DNA of 63,940 bases, the filler included, from an uncultured bacterium (lineage in GTDB: Bacteria; Latescibacterota; UBA2968), in assembly GCA_964471275.1 (NCBI GenBank). It is 3 parts of 3 records of this genome, joined end to end, with 100 filler letters (N's around TTAATTAATTAA, not from the genome) between each part and the next. Parts side by side here need not be neighbours in the genome. Positions count along the whole stretch, not along the records: positions 50,731 to 63,940 come from CAYYGZ010000131.1; 2 more parts are not named here. One strand, written 5' to 3'. A program made the translations under genes and the position numbers. Of this stretch, positions 62,027 through 63,940 are shown one piece after another. Within the stretch, counting starts at the first letter, position 1. Each line of letters starts with the position of its first letter. Under the pieces are notes generated by a model. That model worked only from the letters and a program-made list of their open reading frames with translations, did not search any database and was not told the DNA's origin.

Positions 62027-62758
62027 GTGACCGATTCCGGCCAGGTGTGGTATGATCGATTCTTCCGCCACGAGTATCTCACCTTTGACGAGCACCCCGA
62101 GACCGCGCTCGAGGTCGAGTTCATCCAGCAGGCACTCCTGCTGAAGCCCGAGACAGACGTTCTCGATCTCTGCTGCGGTTACGGCCGCCACACCCACCCG
62201 TTGTCTGAATCCTGCACCATCATCGGCCTCGACCGTTCCGCCGTGATGCTCGACCGTGCCAGATCCGATTGTGACTCCAGAGCCGGATTCCTGCGGGGTG
62301 ACATGCGCCGCCTTCCCTTCCCTTCAGACCGGTTCGATGTCGTCTTGTCCCTGTTCTCCTCCTTTGGGTACTTCGACTCTGAAGACGAGAACTATCGCGT
62401 ACTCCAGGCCATCTCGAGCGTACTCCGCCCGGGAGGCAGGTTCCTGATCGAAACGGTCAACCGTGAATTCGTCGTCAGACATTCTGCCCCGCTGCAGATC
62501 TACCGACCGGAGAACACGACCCTGATTGAGGAACGATCCTTCGACCCTGTTTCAAGTCGGTCACTCGTCGACGTTACCTTCTTCCAGGAGGGCCGGGAAA
62601 CCAGGCTTCACCACTCAATCCGGATCTACGCCTTCACGGAGCTCGAGATGCTTCTCGAATCCGTGGGGCTTCGCACCATCAGCGTGTGGGGCGACTATCG
62701 CGGCGGTGACTATACCTGTGACAGCACCAAGACCATCATCCTCTCAGAACGCGTATGA
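62027..62758 (+). CDS. class I SAM-dependent methyltransferase
   Basis: VLDLCCGYGRH, GDMRRLP, SSFGYF, LRPGGRF. Confidence 0.9.
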   Translation: MTDSGQVWYDRFFRHEYLTFDEHPETALEVEFIQQALLLKPETDVLDLCCGYGRHTHPLSESCTIIGLDRSAVMLDRARSDCDSRAGFLRGDMRRLPFPSDRFDVVLSLFSSFGYFDSEDENYRVLQAISSVLRPGGRFLIETVNREFVVRHSAPLQIYRPENTTLIEERSFDPVSSRSLVDVTFFQEGRETRLHHSIRIYAFTELEMLLESVGLRTISVWGDYRGGDYTCDSTKTIILSERV

Positions 62759-63402
62759 CAGATATCATCGTCTACCTCAAGGCGCCGGAGCCCGGTCAGG
62801 TCAAGACACGACTGCACACACGATACACGGAAGACGAATCAGCGGCGCTCTATCGAGCCTTCATCCTGGACACTTTCGATATGGTCGTGTCTGTCGAGGC
62901 GGACCGCTACTTCGCTGCATACGCGGGCGCCCGTGATGGCATCGATGCCCTGGTTCCACCGGGATGGAACCTCTCGGCTCAAATAGACGCCGACCTTGGG
63001 GAGCGAATGCTCGGTTCACTCAGAGCCAGTATTGACAGCGGAGCAGACAAGGTCGTCCTGCTCGGGACCGACCTCCCCTCACTGCCCGCAGGGCATCTCG
63101 TCTCTGCACTCACCCGGCTGAATGAATCGGATGTGGTACTGGGACCGACAATGGACGGCGGGTTCTACCTTATCGCTACACGATGCCATCTCCCCGACAT
63201 CTTTCCAGGGATTGCCTGGTCTACGGACAAGGTATTCGAACAGTCATCCGAGCGTATACAATCACACGGACTACGTCTTGGCAAGATCCCGCCCTGGAAC
63301 GACATCGACACACCAGAGGATCTGGATTCGGTTCTGCTCCATTCAGCCGAGCCAACTGTGCTCCAGCACACACGGGAAGCCCTCGCACGCCTCCGCCGCT
63401 GA
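62755..63402 (+). CDS. DUF2064/TIGR04282-like glycosyltransferase-related protein
   Basis: KAPEPGQVKTRL, DLGERM, GTDLP, VVLGPTMDGGFYLI, DIDTPEDL. Confidence 0.85.
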   Translation: MTDIIVYLKAPEPGQVKTRLHTRYTEDESAALYRAFILDTFDMVVSVEADRYFAAYAGARDGIDALVPPGWNLSAQIDADLGERMLGSLRASIDSGADKVVLLGTDLPSLPAGHLVSALTRLNESDVVLGPTMDGGFYLIATRCHLPDIFPGIAWSTDKVFEQSSERIQSHGLRLGKIPPWNDIDTPEDLDSVLLHSAEPTVLQHTREALARLRR

Positions 63403-63460
63403 CATTTCTCGACCTTACTTTGACAGCTATCTTGTACCGATACTCGATCAGAGGATTACC

Positions 63461-63700
63461 ATGCGCCGCAACCTGCTCACCAGCCTGATCCTCACCGCGC
63501 TCATATTAAGCGCAAGCGCCGTATCTGCCGAAAAATATCGCTTTACCTTTGTTACACACGGCGGACCCGGAAATCCCTTCTGGAATGTTGTGATCAAGGG
63601 GATGGAAGACGCCGGACATCGATACGATGTGGATCTACAGTGGTTGAGCAACCCGACATTCTCGATCGAAGACATGCCCAACTTTCTCGAAGACGCGCGT
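63461..63700 (+). pseudogene. truncated sugar ABC-transporter substrate-binding protein
   Basis: Signal peptide then FTFVTHGGPGNPFWNVVIKGMEDAG; similarity is lost after about 80 aa. Confidence 0.7.
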
Positions 63701-63940
63701 GCTACGATCGCGAAGAGGATTCTGTCTGGACGCCACACGCCCTGCCCCTATCCAAATGTGTGGAACCTTGATCATATCAGGCGCGCCGTGAGTAGTAGAT
63801 ACCGGCCATGCCGATGTCCCCCCCCGACGTCACCCCACAGCAGGAAGTCTCCCCTGACCGCTTCGACAGAAGCCGAGGATATCCCCCGGTTTCCTCCTCC
63901 GGCAATACGAGATCCTAAATAAAGAGGCTCGCCACCATTC

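Noticed and set aside
1..63940. CRISPR array, rRNA or tRNA
   Set aside because: No regularly spaced 25-45 nt direct repeats, rRNA signatures or cloverleaf patterns were seen on reading

Overview
The window is three concatenated contigs (1-25347, 25448-50630, 50731-63940) joined by 100-nt N/TTAATTAATTAA spacers, so gene order across the gaps is meaningless. It comes from a GC-rich bacterium. The psd-pssA-DUF4321-tatA-gatAB block and the many sulfatases and sugar-acid enzymes suggest, tentatively, an FCB-group organism such as Latescibacterota. Contigs 1 and 2 are accessory catabolic DNA: sulfatases, arylsulfotransferase, sulfotransferase, glpKD, M81 and S9 peptidases, amidohydrolase plus enolase-family enzyme, cysK-YeiH-acylase, an acetoin-dehydrogenase-like cluster and a Cu monooxygenase plus TPR pair. 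They carry many pseudogenes and remnants, an IS481-type end and degenerate short-period intergenic repeats. Contig 3 is mostly housekeeping (accA, ecfT, truA, HtrA-like protease, psd, pssA, tatA, gatA, gatB) plus a decayed comEC. The most notable unexplained signal is a region of about 540 nt (about 52105-52645) between accA and comEC with no credible CDS. It has a near-consensus sigma70 promoter, several G-U-rich hairpins including a 165-nt rod, a boxA-like motif and an intrinsic terminator, and is a candidate large ncRNA I cannot assign to a known family. No rRNA, tRNA or CRISPR array was seen. All structures were paired by eye and all family assignments are from motif recognition, not searches.
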